This document shows, piece by piece, positions 27,006 through 30,789 of a stretch of 30,789 nucleotides of DNA. Each line of letters opens with the position of its first letter. Within the stretch, counting starts at the first letter, position 1. The translations under genes and the position numbers were made by a program. The stretch comes from an uncultured Ruminococcus sp. (lineage in GTDB: Bacteria > Bacillota > Clostridia > UBA1212 > UBA1255). The stretch spans positions 1 to 30,789 of the forward strand of contig CACZOW010000065.1 in the NCBI GenBank assembly GCA_902782885.1. The letters are read 5' to 3'. The notes under the pieces were generated by a model that saw only the letters and a list, made by a program, of their open reading frames with translations, made no database searches and had not been told where the DNA came from.

Positions 27006-27560
27006 ATGGACAATGCTCTCTCCGACGTAGTAAAGCTCGAATATCTGGATCCCGAAAAAGCGGAATTTATGCTGAAGAACGGCTATATCGCGCTGAAACT
27101 CGAGCGGCCGGAAAACGATCCCGCCGGGGAGGAAAACGATCCCGAAGGGACGGAAAGCGAATACGACCGCGTGTTCCTGCACCGCTGTTTTCCCAACGAG
27201 TTTACGGAAGAATATATTTCGGTGCTGGACCGGGACGGAAATGAGCTCGGCGTGATCCGGAGCATCGGCGATTTTCCGGAAGCGGCGCGGGAGATCCTCA
27301 GGGGCGAGCTCAGGCGTAAATATCACATTTTCACCATCAATGCGGTGCTCTCGATCAATGAAAAATACGGTTACTCGTACTGGAAGATCAGGGACAGCGA
27401 GGGCGAGCGGGACTTTACCGTGCGGGATACGTACCGCAGCATCAACCGGATAGGCACCGACCGGGTGACGGTGACGGACGTCGACGGCAACCGTTTCGAG
27501 ATACCGTCGCTGGCGGCGCTTGACCGCAGAAGCAGAAGAAAAATAGAGATGTATCTGTAA
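27006..27560 (+). CDS. DUF1854-family protein
   Basis: RVFLHRCFP....EYISVLD.DG.ELGVI...L..ELRRKY..F.I..V......YGYSYW....GER.F...DVDGNRFEIP...LD..S; lies between two ABC exporters, the usual context for this family as I recall it. Confidence 0.8.
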   Translation: MDNALSDVVKLEYLDPEKAEFMLKNGYIALKLERPENDPAGEENDPEGTESEYDRVFLHRCFPNEFTEEYISVLDRDGNELGVIRSIGDFPEAAREILRGELRRKYHIFTINAVLSINEKYGYSYWKIRDSEGERDFTVRDTYRSINRIGTDRVTVTDVDGNRFEIPSLAALDRRSRRKIEMYL

Positions 27561-27596
27561 TTATCCGCAGTCGGGTATTCAGTGTCGAAAGGCGAT

Positions 27597-29903
27597 ATGG
27601 GCAGATTCGAACGCGTACTTAAACGCATATTGAAAAAAGAGAAGCGAAAGACTCCGGCGGAGATACGGCGGACATTGTTTGCTTCGCTGCCTCACGACGG
27701 ACTGGAAGGAACGCCAATCACGGCATTTGCGTATAATGTTGACAACGATGGGCGCCGCATCGACGGCGCGGTGCTGATAACCGACAAAGCGCTTTCGGTC
27801 TACGCTGATAAAAAAGAGATCGCCCGCTATGTGATCGGCCGGTGTGAAAAGTTTGAATACCGGGCGCTGGTGGGTGCCTGCGAGATCTCCGTGACCGACG
27901 AAGGCGGCGAACATATCATTTGCCGCGGCGACAGTTCGAAATGTGAGTTGTTTGCCAAGAACACCCGCAGGCTTGAGCGGCTCAGGGAGACCGGCGAATA
28001 CTCCGATGACGAGACACTGGAAGTGTACCGTGTCTGCCCGAAATGCGGCCGCAAGCTGCCCCGCGGCATGCAGAGCTGTCTGCATTGCGCGGATAAAAGA
28101 TCCATGTTCAAACGGCTCTTGGAGATCGCAAAACCGTACCGCTGGTATATTTTCGTATCCGCGCTGCTGTTTTTTGTCAGCTTCGCGCTGCAGCTGCTGG
28201 GACCGTATGTCAACAAACTGCTGGTGGACGGTTATATTGACAGCAGCGAGGCCAAAGCGCAGGCGGCCGCGGGCGGCGCGGCGTCGGGCATCGTCATGCG
28301 GGGCTTTCTGCTGACGATCCTTCTGATGCTGGGACTTAGGGTAGCTACATATATTATCACCGCACTGCGCAACCTCTCCGTGATGCAGGCCGGCACCGGA
28401 TTTATTATCGACCTGCGCAGGAAAGTGTTTGAGAAGATACAGGAATTGTCCGTACGCACGGTATCGAAGCGCACGTCCGGCGAGCTTATGCGCCGCGTGA
28501 CCGGCGATACTTCACATCTTGAGAATTTCATTGTCGGACAGCTTCCCAACATTATAGAGCAGACTGTGCTGCTGGTCTCCATCACGGTGATACTGATCGT
28601 GTACGACCCGCGTCTGGCGCTGCTGATACTGCTGCCGATGCCGGTGTGCCTGGTGGGCTGGCGGCTGCTCCGGCGCTTTTTCCATCGGATGTACGGCAAG
28701 CAGTGGGAGGCGGAATCCCGCACCGGAACCGTGCTGTACGACATCTTTTCGGGCATCCGCGTCGTCAAGGCGTACCGGACCGAGAAGAAGGAGTTTGACC
28801 GGTATGACAAAGCGGCGTATGAGGAAAAGCAGATCGCGGTCAAAAATGAGACCGTGTTCAATATGATCGATCCGCTGTTCGGGTTTATTTTGAATCTTGG
28901 CGCGATGTTTCTGCTCTACTATACCGGTACCCGCATCCTGAGCGGCTTCATGTCGCTGGGCGATGCGGCAATGCTTTCGTCCTATGTTTCGCTGCTGTAC
29001 GGCCATATCGGCTGGGTGGCCAATCTGCCCCGCATCATCACCCGGGCGTTTACGTCAATGGTGAAAGTGTTTGACGTTATTGACGAGAAGGCGGACGTTG
29101 CCGACGCGGCGGAGGCGGTGGACGCGGAAATACGCGGTGATATTGACATCGAAGACCTGACGTTCGGTTACGAAGAGGGGACCGACGTGCTGAAAAAAGT
29201 AAACCTCCACATTCCCGCGGGCAAGATGGTCGGCATCGTGGGCAGATCCGGCGCCGGTAAATCGACGCTGATCAATCTGATAATGCGCCTGTACGATCCG
29301 GACAGCGGGCGGATACTTATTGACGGGAGAGATATTAAAAATATCTCGCAGAATTCTCTGCGTTCCCAGATTGGCGCGGTGCTGCAGGAGACATTTTTGT
29401 TCAAGGGCACGGTGTACGACAACATTGCCTACGCGCTTCCGGGTTGTTCCCGGGATCTCGTGCTGTCCGCGGCCAAAGCGGCGGGCGCCCATGATTTTAT
29501 AATTAAACTGCCGGACGGTTATGATACGGTGATAGGCGAGAACGGCCACACGCTTTCGGGCGGGGAACGGCAGCGAGTATCCATCGCCCGCGCGCTGCTG
29601 CGCGATCCGCGAATCCTTATTCTGGATGAGGCCACCGCGTCCCTTGATACCGAGACCGAAAAAAATATTCAGGATACGCTGGCAAAACTGATCAGAGACC
29701 GTACGACTATAGCTATCGCGCATCGGTTGTCAACGCTTCGGAACGCGGATTTTCTGGTGGTGCTGGATAAGGGTACGGTGGCTGAAGTAGGCACGCATGA
29801 ACAGCTTATGCGCAATAAAGGCATCTATTACGGGCTGGTAATGGCGCAGCGGCAGATGTCCAGCCGTTCGGGCAGGCAAAACGAAGGCGGGTCCGCCAGG
29901 TAA
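27597..29903 (+). CDS. Type IV ABC exporter (TMD-NBD) with N-terminal soluble domain and Zn ribbon
   Basis: GRSGAGKST, VLQ, LSGGE, ILILDEAT, AHR; CPKC-x10-CLHC before TM1. ATG 27597 after GAAAGG preferred over GTG 27582. Confidence 0.9.
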   Translation: MGRFERVLKRILKKEKRKTPAEIRRTLFASLPHDGLEGTPITAFAYNVDNDGRRIDGAVLITDKALSVYADKKEIARYVIGRCEKFEYRALVGACEISVTDEGGEHIICRGDSSKCELFAKNTRRLERLRETGEYSDDETLEVYRVCPKCGRKLPRGMQSCLHCADKRSMFKRLLEIAKPYRWYIFVSALLFFVSFALQLLGPYVNKLLVDGYIDSSEAKAQAAAGGAASGIVMRGFLLTILLMLGLRVATYIITALRNLSVMQAGTGFIIDLRRKVFEKIQELSVRTVSKRTSGELMRRVTGDTSHLENFIVGQLPNIIEQTVLLVSITVILIVYDPRLALLILLPMPVCLVGWRLLRRFFHRMYGKQWEAESRTGTVLYDIFSGIRVVKAYRTEKKEFDRYDKAAYEEKQIAVKNETVFNMIDPLFGFILNLGAMFLLYYTGTRILSGFMSLGDAAMLSSYVSLLYGHIGWVANLPRIITRAFTSMVKVFDVIDEKADVADAAEAVDAEIRGDIDIEDLTFGYEEGTDVLKKVNLHIPAGKMVGIVGRSGAGKSTLINLIMRLYDPDSGRILIDGRDIKNISQNSLRSQIGAVLQETFLFKGTVYDNIAYALPGCSRDLVLSAAKAAGAHDFIIKLPDGYDTVIGENGHTLSGGERQRVSIARALLRDPRILILDEATASLDTETEKNIQDTLAKLIRDRTTIAIAHRLSTLRNADFLVVLDKGTVAEVGTHEQLMRNKGIYYGLVMAQRQMSSRSGRQNEGGSAR

Positions 29904-29917
29904 ACTGACTGTAGAGC

Positions 29918-29955
29918 CGGGAAATATCGGGAAATACCGGGAAATCGGGAAATAT
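29918..29955 (+). repeat. Four direct copies of CGGGAAAT(A)
   Basis: Copies start at 29918, 29928, 29938 and 29946. Confidence 0.85.
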
Positions 29956-29956
29956 A

Positions 29957-29985
29957 TTGTACGGCGTTAACGTGACCTGTATAAT
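29957..29985 (+). promoter_or_regulatory. Sigma-A-type promoter of the prepilin peptidase gene
   Basis: TTGTAC, 17-bp spacer, TATAAT (29980-29985). Confidence 0.65.
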
Positions 29986-30024
29986 CCCGGTCGGACGAAA
30001 AGAGATTCCGACCGGGAGGTTTTT
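29985..30024 (+). terminator. Terminator-like hairpin overlapping the downstream RBS
   Basis: TCCCGGTCGGA (29985-29995) / TCCGACCGGGA (30007-30017), a perfect 11-bp stem followed by GGTTTTT. Confidence 0.65.
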
Positions 30025-30507
30025 ATGGTCATTAAAGTTGTGTATTATGTATTACTTACGGCGCTGCTCTCCGCGGCGGCGGCGACGGATATACGTAAAA
30101 GAACGATCCCGAATATGATCCCGCTGCTGATCCTGGCGGCGGGCGCGGCGCGGGTCGCCGCGGGGATCATAAACGGTGAGAATACTGCGCGGACAATGTT
30201 GTCGGCTGCCGGCGGCGCATTCATTGGCGCCGCACTTATGATCCTGCCGGCGCTGAAAAGCAAGTTGGGCGGCGGTGACGTGAAATTGTCCGGCGCGGCG
30301 GGCCTGGGGATCGGTTTTCCGTATATATTGCATTTTTTGCTGATCTCATTGACGCTGGCCGCGCTTTACGGCATCTTGCGCGTGATAAAGGCGCGCAGAA
30401 CCGGTAAGGCGGGCAATGCGTCGGAGACAACGCTGCCCCTGGCGCCTTTCATGCTGTGCGGCGCCGTGTGCATGCTGGTAAATTGCGCAATTCGGCTGTT
30501 TCTCTGA
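30025..30507 (+). CDS. Short A24-family prepilin peptidase (TadV/CpaA type)
   Basis: Both catalytic Asp motifs present (TDIRKRTIPN, LGGGDVKL); C-terminal LPLAPF; highly hydrophobic; no N-terminal Zn/methylase domain. Confidence 0.85.
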   Translation: MVIKVVYYVLLTALLSAAAATDIRKRTIPNMIPLLILAAGAARVAAGIINGENTARTMLSAAGGAFIGAALMILPALKSKLGGGDVKLSGAAGLGIGFPYILHFLLISLTLAALYGILRVIKARRTGKAGNASETTLPLAPFMLCGAVCMLVNCAIRLFL

Positions 30508-30713
30508 TCGTATATAAAATAAGCGCTCGTTCGACCGCATTCTCGCTCGTTTTTACACGGCAATTTTCGATTTTCTTAACAAAAAACGCAATATCTGTTT
30601 TTTTGTGCCATTTCATGCTCATTTTTCAACTCGCGGAAGACATGCACGAGATCAATTATGGTCAATTTCCTCATTTTGAACCACTTTTCCGGCCTTGGGG
30701 CACCTTTCTCGCA

Positions 30714-30776
30714 CTTCAGAGGCGCTTCGGGAAGCTTAAGAGGCGCTTCAGAGAGCATCAGAGGCGCTTCAGATAG
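30714..30776. repeat. Three tandem 21-bp imperfect repeats
   Basis: CTTCAGAGGCGCTTCGGGAAG / CTTAAGAGGCGCTTCAGAGAG / CATCAGAGGCGCTTCAGATAG, with invariant core AGAGGCGCTTC. Confidence 0.85.
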
Positions 30777-30789
30777 ATTTCAATGGACT

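Noticed and set aside
30714-30776. Possible CRISPR array
   Set aside because: The units are contiguous 21-mers without unique spacers, and there are no cas genes in the window.

Overview
GC-rich chromosomal window that looks clostridial (Bacillota), judged from gene content and sigma-A-type promoters. No rRNA, tRNA, IS, prophage or CRISPR array was recognised. From left to right: (1) a hydC-HATPase-hydD-hydB-hydA operon for a multimeric, probably electron-bifurcating [FeFe]-hydrogenase; (2) a membrane-anchored metallophosphoesterase; (3) a flavin-reductase-like gene followed by an unusual type VII (MacAB/FtsX-like) ABC locus with one adaptor lipoprotein, one double-length permease and two different ATPases, then two lipoproteins that both look catalytically dead (a cyclophilin and a CotH kinase); (4) housekeeping pta-ackA and rpmF-DUF512-der-plsY-aroF; (5) mgtE on the minus strand behind a ~250-nt leader with an 18-bp helix that buries a 34-codon uORF; (6) an ABC exporter / DUF1854 / ABC exporter triad with N-terminal Zn-ribbon extensions; (7) a stand-alone A24 prepilin peptidase whose RBS lies inside a terminator-like hairpin. 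The best candidates for undescribed biology are the type VII ABC plus two-pseudoenzyme locus, the mgtE leader and the DUF1854 triad. All calls come from reading motifs by eye; no database searches or folding programs were run.
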